A stretch of 64,000 bases of DNA from Tubiluchus corallicola (lineage: Eukaryota > Animalia > Priapulida), in assembly GCA_030141605.1 (NCBI GenBank), contig JAQGDQ010000361.1, forward strand, positions 1-64,000, written 5' to 3'. The notes beneath the pieces were generated by a model. It saw only the letters and a list, made by a program, of their open reading frames with translations, was not told the DNA's origin and did no database searches. Shown here in pieces: positions 46,409-61,298 of the stretch; the first letter of the stretch is position 1, and each line of letters begins with the position of its first letter. Made by a program: the position numbers and the translations under genes.

Positions 46409-49400
46409 TATTATGTGACGATTATTAGTAATTTCTTATGTAGTGATGAATCCCACTGAATTGATTGTGTCAAACGTCTTAAGAAATAATGAAGACGCTC
46501 GCGTCACGTAAGAAGCTTAACTCAGTCTTAGCAACGACGTATACAACGAAGCCACAGACGGTAATACACACGACTTCCATTTCTCAAATTGCATGATTAT
46601 TTAAATGTACGTAGAGCCAATTCTTGTGCGTAATGCGATATTATTTACGTCACAGGCACTCATTTTCCTGTTTCAAGTCACTGCAAAATCAAGTGTGTTT
46701 GTGTGTTTGTTCACAATGAGTGCCACTCGAAGGTCGTATTTGACTAAGGTCTAGAGATGATGAGAAGTCGCTTGCAATCATTGCGTGGTCGATATAGAAT
46801 TGTTGACTTGTTTGCCTGAAAACAACGTATTTACAACTGAAACGTCTTTCTGCACGCAGGAAATACTTTGTAAAGAAAGGATGGAAATTTAAAAAAAAAT
46901 TGACACTTTAAAGGGGGAGAAGCGCTGAATGTCCGAGGTTCTTAAATTACTCTTTCTTTAGTAACCAAAACCGAAAAAGCTTGAATAAAAAGAAATACGT
47001 ATTTATATGTAGACCACTGTACTTACTTGTGTTTAATAGCTGCCAAACAATGATTAAATGTAATGCTAACGTATATATTTTACATTATTTACATAGGCAA
47101 AGCAACAGTGAAAACAAATAAACAATATTAAACAATGCAGTTATCCATATAAACTAATCATAATTAAGCCGTCTAAACGGGGGTAATGTACGTGTTCTCC
47201 ACGACACAGTATCTACACATTACCAATGAGTTAGTTTGATATAAGGCTTTTATAACATTCGATATTCATTATATCTAAAAATAGGTGAGGTACAAGTTTA
47301 AGATTACGCATGACATGTCATCTTTGCAAGGTCAAAACTACCTGTGAATGTGACTTCGACAAGTGTTTGATGTATATCGCGACTGTTTGACACTTTGCAA
47401 CAGCCGCCACATACTTGAAGTGCACTGTATTAAATTAAAACCGGACCCAATCTTAAACTGTAGGTCAGAACAGTCTACTCTTTAAAATATTGAAAGGAAA
47501 CATACTATTTTTTTTTCAAAAATGACTTACGTGATAGAATTAGTACCACTCAAACGCAATTTCGAATTCGCCCCGCTAGTTCTTCGCTGTTACCTGCATT
47601 TCGCCTTTCGCTATTCAGACGGGCACTAGCGCCTGCATTTCAAAAATGCGTTGCACAAAAAACAGGTGCTGTACTTCTCAGTTCAGAAGTGTTAGTTTGT
47701 GACGAACTACACACGTTCGACAGCCCATGTGTGAGCGCAGCGGTAAATTTGAATTTGGACTTTTATTTTAAAACTTGCCTAGTGTTAATGCAACACACTG
47801 AATATCTTACAGTAGCACTGTACTTCAATTTTCGCTTTCGCAAACAAGTGCAACATTGTACATTTTTGCTGTTGAAAATTGTGTTAGTTTGTGACGTCAT
47901 CAATAGTTGGTCTTGCCAACTGTTAATTAAGTTTTTAATCCATTATTTAACTATCAGAAACGCTTTTCCAGTATTACTGCTGTAAAATGTATACTTTTTA
48001 CCGTACTTGCAAATGGGATAGTATATGAAAAATCATCCTGTCTTCCTTTATCACTATTGTATTTACGCGTCACTGCTCTAAACTTTTTATGAAACAGAAA
48101 AAAAATCGAATTAAATTTTTAAAGTCATGTGACGCTGGGCATTACAGAGCAAGTTTTTCCAAAATTGTATTATTTAAGCTGATTTCCTTAATTTATTTGT
48201 ATTACATGATGGTAAATCTACAGTAAGAGGTCTATCACAGACCTTTTACAAAGTTCTTCATAATATTATAATCTCTTCCTTGAATATTTCAAGAGGCGTC
48301 TTTTTGTTTAACTTGATTTATTAGTTTATGGTAAAAGGGATGTAAACTTACCGATGTCGTCAAATAAACCAAGGATAGCTCGGATAATAGGAAGCAAGAA
48401 TTAGGCGTACAACGCATTGTTTAGAAGGTTCAACTAGACAGAAGTATAAACAATGGGCACTGCCTTCTTGTGAACCTTTCAGATGGGTAACGTTTTAAGA
48501 CAATTGTCCAAGAATTATTCGTTTTTTGTGATATACAATATGACGCAAAAAATGATGCGCCAAGTATGTGAACAAGCTAAATGCTGAGACACGTTCGCAA
48601 TTTCCAATGAAGCTAAAATTGCCAATAGCGCAGATTACTTAGAATTTACCAACCACACTGGATATACGAAAATGTGGCAGCCATTTTGAAATAAAAGATG
48701 GCTGACATAATTACGTATAATGTTATTCAACTTTAAGATGCATGAAATACAGGATTATTCTACTATAACTTTGAATCGTGACTTAATACCTTTATCTAAT
48801 TTATTTTTTTATTTAAATAATATTTAAAAGTCTTTTACTTAATAAACAAGTGTACAAATAGATACTATACACTTATATACAAGACCTCAATTTACAGGCA
48901 AGATTATATACTCTTAACTATAGTGCCTACAAACAACAATAAAAGTGCTTCGTTTAATCTGTCAATATTCTTTACATGATATTTCTGTATTCTAAAGTTA
49001 AATCAAAATTTCTTCTGTTTTTACGTTGTAAAAAGAAACGGTAAAAACGGATGTGCAAAAATACAAATGTACTACCATATCTGCGGTACTTACAAATTAT
49101 TGGACGTATATGCAAACGTGTGAACTCACCCTTGTGTTACAGTAGCTACGTTTTCCGGTCTGCAAGTACTCATGGTCTCCGCGGAAGTTCCGGTTCAGTA
49201 ATTTGATTTCTAGCTAGGCTTCACTAAATTTTTCAGCAGGGCGAGTTGGCGTGCAACTTACTGCTTCACTGATTTAATTTCACCGGTGGCGGTTTGGTCG
49301 ACGGAAAAAATTGCGATGTCGAGTTTTAATAAATTATTTGTGTAAGCTAAAGTCAACGGCGAAAGTGATTAAATATTCATATACACATTTTTTTACAAAA

Positions 49401-50269
49401 AAGTCAGACAGTCGAAAAAGTGTTAGCGTAAGCAGACGCCATTGCAATTCTCATAACAATGGCGTTTAGTCACACACTGTTTTTTCAGCCTCGAACCGTG
49501 CCACGAGCCTAATCCTCAGTACGGTTTCTGGCGCCGAGATCGGTCCATTAGTAAACTAGTCGTCTTGTACACAAGCTTTTCATGTATCCTATCCACGTTA
49601 TTTGCATTATATATTACTTGCACAACTTCAATAAGCTAAAGTCTGCTTACTCCACTGTTATTGTAAAATTCTTCAAATATGAAATGTTGTACTCGAGCTG
49701 CTACAATCTGTGTAAAAAATGATATTAGTCATTTTAAAGTTATTTTGTGTAAATGTATATATAATCTTAGATGCCGTGTTTTAAAGCTCATGTAATGGTT
49801 TATTAAACATGTAATTTACAATAGTGATGTTGTTATATGCTCCAAAATTTTTGCCTATTGGAATGTAATTTTAATGTACTTCTAATTTATGTCATTTTTG
49901 TAAATGTTTTGAATAATTCTTTTATTTTTCTGTAGATTGTAAATCATGTTTTCATAATTAGTTTTTTTCTAATATTTATTGTATTTTTATGGCTTAAGAC
50001 TATGTTCACAAGCTGAAATGAAGAATATAATAAATAAAATATAAATAAATAAATATATAAATATAGACATATGTAACTTATCATTTTACTTGATTATCAA
50101 GATTAACTTGATTACTTTGTATAAGAAATTTGTTAGGCTTTTTATAGGGTATGGTATTGTAATTGCTCAGCAACAAGTTTCAGTAGAATTGATAGCAAAC
50201 TGTGGCTTGTGATAGATATCGAAGAGTGTTAATGTGTTTAGGGCGATAAACGGGTGGAGCCAACAAAAT

Positions 50270-50560
50270 CTTAACTCAATGAGCTTGGTTTGCCACCATT
50301 CAAAAGGAGGAGTGACCTTTAAACCGTTTGAATAATCCAAAAAATATATTATAATCAAGCTCCTCAATACTTGTTTGAAATATTAAATGAATTTCGTCCC
50401 AGCAACCACTATGCTCTACGTGACCCATTTCTTTTAGGGCCTACACGAATGCTGTATTATAGTTTTTCACAATACAGCATTCGTCTGTGGAAAAGTTTAC
50501 TAATTGAAAACAGACAGGCTTTCCTATCTCCATTTGCCTATAAAAGTAGATTGTTGAACT
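50270..50560 (+). mobile_element. CR1-type LINE ORF2 C-terminal fragment
   Basis: ELGLPPFKRR...KIYYNQAPQYL...HYALR...YSFSQYSIRLWKSL...YKSRL. Confidence 0.6.
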
Positions 50561-51619
50561 TATGGGAAGTTGGTACTAAATCAGTTATAATGATGATCGA
50601 AGTGATGAGGTTTCAATACATAGATTCATTAACAATTTTTCACAATTAAAAGGTCACCTGATTTGATTTCCAGGAATTTTGACGATGACCTTTCATGTAG
50701 CTGCAACAATTCGACTAAGAACTCCAGCCATTATTTTTTTTTGAATGTTCAAACTATGACATACAGAGAACACTATTATTGGAATAGCTCTGTTATTATA
50801 AGATCTTACTCACGAATTACACGCCAAACCTAAACCTGCCATTATTTACAACGACATTTACAACAAACTCAGTTCAGGTCATCTATCCAGTGGAATTCTC
50901 TTCAAATTGTTGTTAAACTACACATACATGTCTTGGAGAGAAATATATAACTCGGGACACGAAGATGTAGGCCTCTTCATACAGTGTGGGACTTGGGGCC
51001 CTTGGTTTGTTGATAGCCTTAGTCCTGTGATGCCCTTAATCCAGCGCTGCTTCTGAGAGCAGAAGAAATTTCAAAGCCTGCAGAACAAGTATAAAAAAAT
51101 GTCTGATTTTAAAGCAATAACTTATGTTATGCTACAACTGAAAACTTGCTGTTTGCTGGTGGTTGTTGCCTACGCACATCCCCGGCAATGATTTATATCC
51201 AATCACAAATTTTTCCTCCCGGAAACTTAACTCTACAATCGATTTACATTTACATTTTGCAAAATACAAGACTAAATCAGTTCAGCACTGATTACTGTTA
51301 ACCCTAAATAGACCAAAATGAAGACCTGCTTGTCTTCCTGTGGACATCAATTCACACTCCCGTTTACAGAACAGATTACTAGATAAGAGAATAATACTAA
51401 AATTAGTTTGTTTATTTCAAAAATAATAGAACTATTATAAAAAATAAAGGAATGAAATAAACAAAGAAACTATTGCTTTTACCTACTGAACTGCTCTTCG
51501 ATGTTTTTTCTAAATTCTGGTAAATGTCTTTGTTTTAGTTTCCTTGATAATAAACAGCATTGTTTGAAACCGCTCGGCAATAAATTCCATTTGCAAGAAA
51601 TTACATTAATAGTTAAAAC

Positions 51620-52050
51620 ACTAGAACTTTATTAGAATTTTTAATTTACATAGTTAAAAATCAGCCAAACGTTTCGACAGAGTTATTGCTGTCATTATCA
51701 GTGGTATTTTTTTACAAACATATAATAAGTTTATATAGGCAGAGCCGACAGTATAGAACATTATGCACTAATTAGGTTTTTAACAGATGTCAAATAGGTA
51801 ATGAATAAGCAGAGAGGTAGAAAAGAAATTGAAACAGTAAATTATGCACTTATTATGTATTTACAAAAAGCCAAATAGGTAATGATTAAGCAGACCTGAT
51901 GAAAACAAAGTGATACAGTACCAAGTAGCTAAGTGTTTGAAAATAAACTTAAAGGAATTGAACTGCTTTGTACATTAAGAGAAGGCTTATTAGGGTACAT
52001 AGATGAACTTTCTTTTCTTAATAAGTCCCAATTATTAATAAATAGCTATA
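51620..52050 (-). mobile_element. Penelope-like element 3' end / pseudo-LTR
   Basis: KPSLNVQSSSIPLSLF (GIY-YIG ORF C-terminus, ~51990-51943), then a minimal hammerhead-like motif (51704-51665) and AATAAA. Confidence 0.65.
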
Positions 52051-54367
52051 AATGTTTTTAAGTGTGTGTAACAAAAAAGTTATATTAATTTAGCCAAATA
52101 CGTATAATTATATACATATTTGTTCGTTAAGTTTGTTATCAATTTCAGGGTGCTTATAAGTGCATGTAGTTGGGCTTATATCATACAGCAGAGTTTGATA
52201 TTGTTTTTATGTTTTATAATGTGCTATGTCTACAAATTTGTACTTATACATGTATTTGCTTTTGGCATTCTGTATCTAATGACCGCGTGTTTTTGTAAAT
52301 ACGTTTTCATCCAATAAATTAGTAAAGTACTTTAGCAAATTATTCACCAATTACTGTACAGATAACGTCAGTAAAGTATTGCTGGATCAGTTGACAAATT
52401 TAATTGGTGCTTCAAAAGAAACGTATATTACATTATACAAAGTCTAATAAGCGTGGTCAAAAACTGGTCACACCACGTTATACGGTAAAAAAAAATAATG
52501 AATAACAATAATTTCTTACTATTTCTTAACACTCAATCGTATTTCTTAGTGATTTGATTAGGTAGTTTCAGTTGTACTGTTTCTGCTGACGCACCCTGTC
52601 TAAGGCCCATTTCACATAGAAGACACTAGGAAAATGACGCACGAAATTACAGTCAGAAAATCAGAAAAATTCCAGAAGAATGGATTTTTTCGCGATAACT
52701 CAAGCAGCAATACAGTTCACTTCACACATAACTGCGTTGTTTTTGACTCACGTCTAACTATCTCCTGCTTTCAGTGCCTTTACGCGTTGCAATCTGCTCT
52801 AATTACAATTAATAGGTTTAATCAGAACAGTAAAACTGTTTATTTTTTGAGAGTAACCACTAACTCAGGTTGTCATAAGTCCAGCCAAAAAGTGCTGAGT
52901 TCCAGGTTGTAGAGTGCTGTAATGTATAAAAACACTGTAACATGTTCTAAAGAGGCGTTTACTAGATATTCGGAAAGCGTTGTTACGTAGCCAGTTGCGT
53001 ACAAAAAATCAATAGCAAATAGCTGCAGAAAAAATAACACAACAACGCAAGTCTGATAAACGGTTTCATTGAAAACAATATAACGTGATTTTACGCAATA
53101 ACGCATTTCGGATGTCTGGTATAAACACTGCTTAAGTCTATTTCGATTTTAGCAACGCCACTGTCGTTTTGTGATTCAGACGAATGTCGCTTTTTCATCG
53201 ACTGTTGCTTCCTGCAGACAAAAATTACTTCTGTGAGGCCTTAAGTATACACCAAAGCCCTGTTTAGATATCGGGTGTCCCCTCGTTACTGAATGACAGT
53301 CACAGTTGACATTCTTGTATGTCATTCATAGGTGTCTTGTGTCTAGGCTATCGGGCTTTCACGATGGAAAGCAAAGTTCTGCAAGAAAAGCAGCGGTCAC
53401 GTGCAAAAGTCCGGGCTTCTGATTGGACAGATCTTATCGAGAAAAAGTTGTCGGGAACTGTTTCAGGGAAGAATTATTCAAGTTAAATTTCATCACAAAG
53501 ACGTCATTCAAGCTTCTTTACACTGTTCGGAAAAAGTGGCACTCATTCCGACGACGAATCATTGGAGACGCCCGATAGTCTGAACTTACCTTAAGACAAA
53601 ATTCGTTGTTACGTCTTCACCGTTTGCCCTGTTTGAAAAGATATTGCTCTTCTGAGTCTTACCAGAATGGCAATAACGGACTTCATCAGCTTTAATTACT
53701 GTAATCTATAGTAATAATACTATAATTACGATAATATCATGGTCTTCGGGAAAAAACATTCATGAAATATGTTCGTCCTTGTAAATAATTAAAGCTGACG
53801 AATCCGTGAGGAACGGAAACGTCTGAGAAAAATAACGAATTTTTGAGACTTAATGGGCATTTTGACCACCATTAATCGTGGAAAATTGGATAAAATGTTA
53901 TTTCGTAAATGCCAAATAAAAAACATTTTGTTGTTTACCGGGTTGTTAACATTGGTAGCCTCCATTTTCTGGGACTATCTAAGTGACTGGGTCCTTCTCT
54001 GAAATATCATTTATTTTCTTTCACTGTAGGGTCGATTATAGTTAGTTGCATCTGTTGCACATATATATATATATATCTGTAGTATGTCAGTAGCAGGCAG
54101 CTTCTTCAGGTTTTCTTTATACTGTACGAAGTAATGTATTACTCTATTTGCTTTTCAGTGGCCCATAAATATTTTAATTTGCAATATTACATGCAGTGAA
54201 GCACGTTGGCAACAGATACGATGAAAACAGTTTGCATTTTAAATTTCAATCACGTACTCTATAACTAACGAAAATTTGAGGCGATAACACTGTCACACTG
54301 TCAGCGTTTTGCAGTGTTAAACAAGCGCACAAATTAGGTAACGGAACACCATTAGAGAGGTGGATGG

Positions 54368-54423
54368 AGAGAGAAAGAGAGAGACAGAAAGAGAGAGAAT
54401 TTAGAGAGAGAATGAGAAACGGA

Positions 54424-54479
<56 letters not shown>
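54368..54479. repeat. (AG)n microsatellite
   Basis: Direct reading. Confidence 0.9.
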
Positions 54480-54482
<3 letters not shown>

Positions 54483-55249
54483 AGGAGATATATTGATAAT
54501 GCATCATTAAAGGACACGAAAATTTTTTAGTTACGTAAAGTTAAAAGAATTGTCTTGAAATTTTGTTTTACGTTCATGTCGTGTTATTGCATGTAGTGTT
54601 TGTGTCAGCAGTAACGCTGTATAAAATTTGTAAAATTAAACTCCCACCATGACAGTTAATCGCAGCCATTTTAAAGGTAGGTCGTTTAAAACAAGTTGAG
54701 ATATGTGTTGCCAAAAGTTTGGAGCATTCGTAGCGCACACTTCACTAATTAAGCAAAAGCATAAATTACTTTATGTTGTAAATAAAATTTAAAAAAATTT
54801 TGGTGAGTCAGCGGTGCACACTGGGAAAGCTAGTCAATGACATTTTACCAGCTGGCGCCAACGCTTTAAATTACTAAGAGCCTTTTATCTAGTTATACAA
54901 GTCTTTCAAAGAGGCTAGCATAATGCTAAGTAATATAACTTTTCATAACGTTGCGTGGAAAGCTTTTTGGGACATACTTTAAAATTCCCTTTTCTTTTCC
55001 TTCAATGAAATTTGTGCAGCAGTGGTAATTGACCAGCAGAGAAACCTACACATCTTTTCAGATGAAGCACATTATTTTTTATGCCATGGTGTCAATCTGC
55101 TGACACGTTTAAAAGGCAAGTGTAGTAAGTAATTACCATGATTGGCTTCTGACAGTTGTATAATACATAGCTTAATAATTGCTCATAGAATTTCCCTATT
55201 CTTAGTAACACTGATCACTGTTTAGGACAACTAGCTAGAGTCTGCTATA

Positions 55250-55774
55250 CAGGGCGTCTCAAAAGTTACTACACGTTGATTTTCAACAATTTTCTTCTTA
55301 AATTTTCTCCAGTCTCTTTAAGTTCTGAATATAACGGGACCTTTAGCAATTTTTATTTATGTTTTGACCGGTAACCTGTTGCTATGGCGACGACCATCAC
55401 GCTAGAAATGAGGTGCAAAATAAGCCTGGCAAAAGATTCTTCGATCACCACTAGAAGTTCAGCGGAAATTAAGAGCACCATATGGACCACATTACTAACA
55501 AGGTTTATCAGTAAGCCTTTCTTCACTAGTCATGGCTGTGAGAGACTTTCTCCAGGCCAGATGCCCGGACATGCATTTAGATTTGTTTCTGAAGTTTTTG
55601 AAGTCCCAGAACAAGGCAGAGGACAGCAAAGCCTGTTATTACAGCAGTTCTTTTTAGATTTTCGGTATAATTTGACTAACAAAGGGCAGGTGTGTGCCTT
55701 TTTTCAGACATTTTGTTTTGTTTATTGAATAATATGGAAAATGTAATATGTGTAATTACTTTTGAGACACCCTG
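55250..55774 (+). mobile_element. Internally deleted Tc1/mariner element
   Basis: TA|cagggcgtctcaaaagttactacac...gtgtaattacttttgagacaccctg|TA, with a residual transposase-like N-terminus (MATTITLEMRCKI...SPLEVQRK). Confidence 0.85.
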
Positions 55775-58700
55775 TATAGAATATTGTTCATTTTATGCTA
55801 TTGCTAGTAAATCACAAATGGAAATAAAGAAGCATCATTACATCTGCTTCACTGCGGTCATATCGTTTTACACTACGACAGCAACAGTCACAATCATCAT
55901 CATTATTATTGCCATCGTTGTCGTCAACACCATCAGTCTTTCTCTTTTCGTCTTTTCGCCTCATTTTCTTTTGCAATTGTCTTTTCTTGTGCTACCATTT
56001 TTTTCTTTTCCTTCTTTTCACTTTTCTGCTTTTATCCCCTTTCAACCGTTTCTTTCTCATTTTCCTTTTCCTGTTCTTCTTGTTTCTTTCTCCCTCTTGT
56101 GCGAATAAATAGTCACCCATGACCATGTAAATAGTCAATTAATTTTGCCTCTGTGGTGCTGACTGCATCGTAACCTTTTGAAATTAACATCTGATATAAA
56201 CCTCATTCGTGAAGCCAGAAACAGCTGCATGAAGCCAACCGGAAGTACTCATTCAGTTCAATAATTTTGTGCTTGAGAAGCCACGTAAACGCCGTCAAAT
56301 CTTGACAAAAAATTCATAAAAGGGAGGTGTTGTGGTTCAGGTGAGAACGTGAACAGTGCCGCCTGTTTGCATGCCCAATCAACCGAATCAATGGCTTCAT
56401 TGCCAGGTGTTATTGTTCCTTACGAAAACAGTATTGACGCGAGTGCATGCAGAAATGTGCTGTAGCATGAATGCTGCTAGGTGGGTTAATAAAATGAGGA
56501 ATAAATAAGCAGCGCGGACTGGGTATTGCAGCACGGTAATAAACATTAACAGGTGTCTAATTCAGGCGAAGGTAAAAGAGCTGAGTGGTCACGGTATGCG
56601 CTTGACAACCGAAGCTGAGCAAACCTCTATGCTTGAATGAATAGGTGACAACCAGGTTTGGTTCTTATTCTAAGTGGTTTTATTCGCCCTTATTAAAACC
56701 TGATACTGATTCTGATCGTTTTCTTCGTTCAGCGTCTCATATTGGAGACTTAGCGTCGATATTGAGACAGATTCCGGTCTTGCCATAAGCAAGAGTAGGT
56801 CCTACTACTGAACGCACGATTTGAATTGTATAGAAAACCACATTTGTATTAGTAATAAATTGTGATTCTCTTGTTTCTCTATTTGATCCAAAAACGAACA
56901 GACAAGCAAACAAACGATTATTGTAGTGCCTGTATACATCAGAACAGGTCATACTGTTTGTAGTAGAATCTTTTTTATGTCAGTTGTTGTTGAACATTTT
57001 ACACGTAGACTTTTGAATGTACATATAATCAATGCTTACAATTGCTATTACTTTTTTAATTGTTATAACCTGGAAATGCCACACAGTACATTAATTGCGC
57101 TTATAGCAAAGCTACATCCACGCCGCAAAACACACATCAGATGGTTAGCAGCATGGATTACTTTAAGCTAAGGGATTTTGTCCTACAAACATTCATAAAG
57201 TCCTGTTAGAATTGGGTGTAACAAAGCCAGGTTAACAGGGGACAGCAGGTGGTGGTGAGAGTAATGACATCACTTAGGTTTACCGAGGTAAACAATTTAC
57301 TATATAATGCGCAGTCTGTCTGAAAAAATAATAGCATATTGGTGTCTTAATAGTAATCCCCACTCCCAAGGCTCTCACAGTTTGTCAGTAAATTGAGTTA
57401 GATCGTGGTCAGTGAGACGAAATGCACTGTTTGCCTTAAGTAATGTACTACGTTGTTACAGCAAAAACACGCTCCGTCACCTAATACTATCATTAGTGTC
57501 TTATTGCACACAGAGCTTGTGAAAGCAGTAACGCTGTCTAAAACTTGTAAATTTAAACACCAGCAATGACGGATTTCAAAGGTAAATCGTTTGAAACAAA
57601 TTTAGATAAGATTGTGTAACGTAAAGTGTGAAAAAAGTCATAGCACTCGTACCACGTACTTCACAAACTATACAAAAGTTTAAACTACGTTATCTTGTCA
57701 ATAAGACTAAAAATACAGTCTTTTTTGTCAGTGGTGCACACTGGGAAAGGGAGTCAGTGCATTTTACCATTTGGCGTGAACATTTTAAATCTCAAGGAAT
57801 TTTCATTTTCATAACAGGTAAGTGTAATGCTAAGTAATACAACTTACAAGCTTCTAGAACAGTCAAGCATGTGGAAAGTATATCAAATTATGGTTAAAAG
57901 ATGAACGGAGATAAGCAGTTTAGTACTAAATAATGTTTTGAAATGGATAATTATCATTCCAGCACCGTAAAGTTTTGTTAATGGAAGGAAATTTTATGAC
58001 AATTAATGACTTCTCGGGGGATTTAGAGCAGCCTGGTTTGAGATAACGTAGACAGAAAAATTATTCGTGCAGCAACGGTTAGAAATAATACTTGTCTAGA
58101 GAGAAATATTTCATTTATAACAGCTGCGTTATTGCATGAGTCGCCTGGAAGAAAGGGATATAGGCTCCGTTCTCAGGGCTCACAGCAAAACAACGTTGCT
58201 CTTATTAACTGTGATTCCCAGTTTGCTGGACACTTGGCAAGTAAAAAACCTGAAACGAGCTAAAATAAATTTCTACGTTACGAAAACGTGAACTTCCAAC
58301 CACAGAGTTTTTTATAACTTTTTACCTACTAATTTAAACAGTCAAACCACGAGTAATTCGATTTGACGTCCGATTCCCCTCAGATGCCGTGTGCGCATGC
58401 TCATTTGAAAGCGAATCAGTACTAATCATTGCTTTACTAGTATAATTAATTATTTATTGTACGTGGATAACAAAGTAAGGTAAGTAATCAAAATTATAAA
58501 CTATTAGTTCTAGTTCCAAACCCGTCCACAATTTAGAGTAAAAGCAAATAGTATTATACAAACATTTTATAGAGTAAGCATTAGAATTACCGAGTTAATT
58601 TATTTTTAGCAGTTACACAGTTTAAAAGCGATATTTAAAATTTTCACAAATTATACAAAATGGACTAAATAAACAAAACATACTCAGGAATGCACAATTT

Positions 58701-58849
58701 ACGCACATTAGTAAAAATCTGCAACAAAAGATATAAAAAGAAACATATTTATATTAGTTTTCAAGCTACAGTATTCCTAGTAAATACAGTATTACGTTAA
58801 TCTTGCCCTTAAAAGCATTGACGGTACTAGCATCGGTTACTTTTAGTTT

Positions 58850-59785
58850 GTAAAGAATTCCATAGTTGTCCTCCTGAAAAAGCTAAAGTACGTTTATAAA
58901 TTTTTATCATTGGTAAGTAAAATCTGTGGGACTCAGCTGCTTGTGTGACCCTGATGTGCATGTCTGAAACATATTTAAATGATGCCCACAGGCACATGAT
59001 CATTCACGATTTTATACATCATCAGACCATTGTGATATTTAATCCTGTCAGCCAAAAGAAGCCATTTGAGCGTGGCAAGCAAATCATTCGTGGGCGTTTC
59101 CGTGCTTTTTGTTGAGTTGAGCCGCAGGCCTCTTTCCTGGATTCTCAAGTTTGCTTTTCACAGCTGCCTCAGATACTGCAACAATACTCAAGACGAGGGT
59201 GAATTTGACTGTTATAGAACAATGTTTTCGTCATTCTAGGAAGATATTTTCTTAGTCTTCAAAGAACTGCTAAACTTTCCAAAGCCTTTTTCTGTATTCA
59301 GAAACATGAACTTCACAGGATAAAGTATTGTCAATAACTAACCCTAATACTTTTTTGCTGTTGTTAATCGAGTCTCCCTCCACAGTAACATTTATGTCAT
59401 CAGTAAGACAGGCTAGTTTCTGATTAGGTGCCTAGTACTATTGCTTCGTTTTCTCTGCTTTTATTACCACGTCATTATCAAGAACCCATGGACCGATGCT
59501 ATTAGCACAAACGTGGAGTTTAGTTTCGAGTTCAAGACCGGAAACAGAGATAGACATATCAGCAGCATCAACTTCAGCGTTTGTCTTATCCGATGCGTTG
59601 TTTACAAGGTAAGGCATGTCGTTGGTGAACAGTGTAATAGAAGGGGCCAAGGACTGATCCTTAAGATGTTGTGTATCGTCATATCTTTATGATATTTAAT
59701 CGCATCAGGTATCGTCGTAAAGCATGTCGTTGGTGAACAGTATAAAAACAAGTGGCACAAGGATTGATCCTTGGCGCATTCCATT
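58850..59785 (-). mobile_element. CR1/L2 LINE RT fragment with a local duplication of the QGS-LF-ND motif
   Basis: GMRQGSILVPLVFILFTNDM (~59783-59722) and a second copy at ~59660-59615; downstream LG-VIDN and L-WL motifs. Confidence 0.65.
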
Positions 59786-60252
59786 TTTCACGTTGGCAGA
59801 CGTGGAATTGGTTCTTCCTAGGCTCACGATTTGTTGCCTTTCACCGACATAGGAGCGGAACTAGTTGATAGTGAAATCATCACTGTTAGTTTTTCGAACA
59901 GCATCTCATAATTAACGAGGTCAAGTACCTTTTTAGGTACGCCAATAGTAACCCAGTGAAAAACCTATTGTTCATGTCGCTTAAGCATTTAAGCCGAATA
60001 AGGGCTGTTAGGCATGATTTGGCCTAACTCCAGATTGTTGATTTGTCAAACGGTGATTGGTAAAAAGATAATTGGTTCAAAAAATTTTATCACTTTTCAA
60101 AGAATAGATACGGGAAGGAAGTTTCCTGGTTTACTAGGTGATCCACCCTGCGGACAGGGATGACCTTAGTGCAATTCCACTGGCTTGGAAATGTTGCTCC
60201 TCATTTGAAGATCATTGATTAATTATGATTGTGATTGCCAGAATTTTACAAA

Positions 60253-60381
<129 letters not shown>

Positions 60382-61086
60382 GTGGCAGTCTTTGTGACAT
60401 TTATCAACAATTACTTACCTGTTAATGCAGGTAAATGTCTGTCCATAGAACTTACATGCATCATAGAAAAACGCATCTCACCTTATTAAAGTTAGACATA
60501 TAAAGTTATCTCTTTTCCCTGACGCACTTTTGTAAATCTTTTTATGGCGCTTTTATGTGACGATAAAAACACATAAAATGAAAGTGAGTTGACATGAATT
60601 TTTGAATTTGATGATTTACATCTTTGCACAGTTAAACTAAAATACATATAGGAAAAAAATTACATTATTACACATATGAATAAATTTTAATGAGGCGTAT
60701 GAGTCGTTACGGTTCTCAAAATCTAACAACTCTAGAAGCAGCAGCTACAACAGCTAATTAAATCTACTGTAGCCAGTCGATAGAACATTCAATTAGACGC
60801 AAACTAAGACTTCACCACGTTCATAATCTTCACTGAAACCGAATAATCATGTTTTTAATGCAGCCGTTTTATGGAAATTGTAATGGAAATGCGGCAAAAA
60901 TGTTGACGTGAACAAGATGAAGGTTTTCTCTTTGTCGAAGTGGAGGTTTCGTTTCAGTTAACGTAGTAACAGGTGGGAATATTAATCAGTAGAATATTAT
61001 AAATTATAATACCTATGTATATGTTATATATAGCAACGGTTTATGTTTAGGACTTCACTTGGTCAGTCAGACTACATCATCAATGG

Positions 61087-61298
61087 AAACTAACTGACCG
61101 ACCTACTGATCAACCCAACCAACCAACAAACAAACAAACCAACCAACCAACCAACTCAACAAACCAATCAGTCAGCTAGGCGGGCAGACGAGCAGGCAGG
61201 CAGGCAGCCAACTAACCAACCAATAAGCGAACCAAGCAGCCAACAACCAGCTAACCAACAGACCAACCAATTAAGCGAACGAACAAACATTCAAACAA
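61087..61298. repeat. Degenerate (AACC/AAAC/AGGC)n tetranucleotide tract
   Basis: Direct reading. Confidence 0.75.

Noticed and set aside
53592-53853. Hammerhead-like ctgacga...gaaac at ~53795-53823
   Set aside because: Stem II does not close correctly against the core; the sequence is one arm of an imperfect MITE-like inverted repeat.
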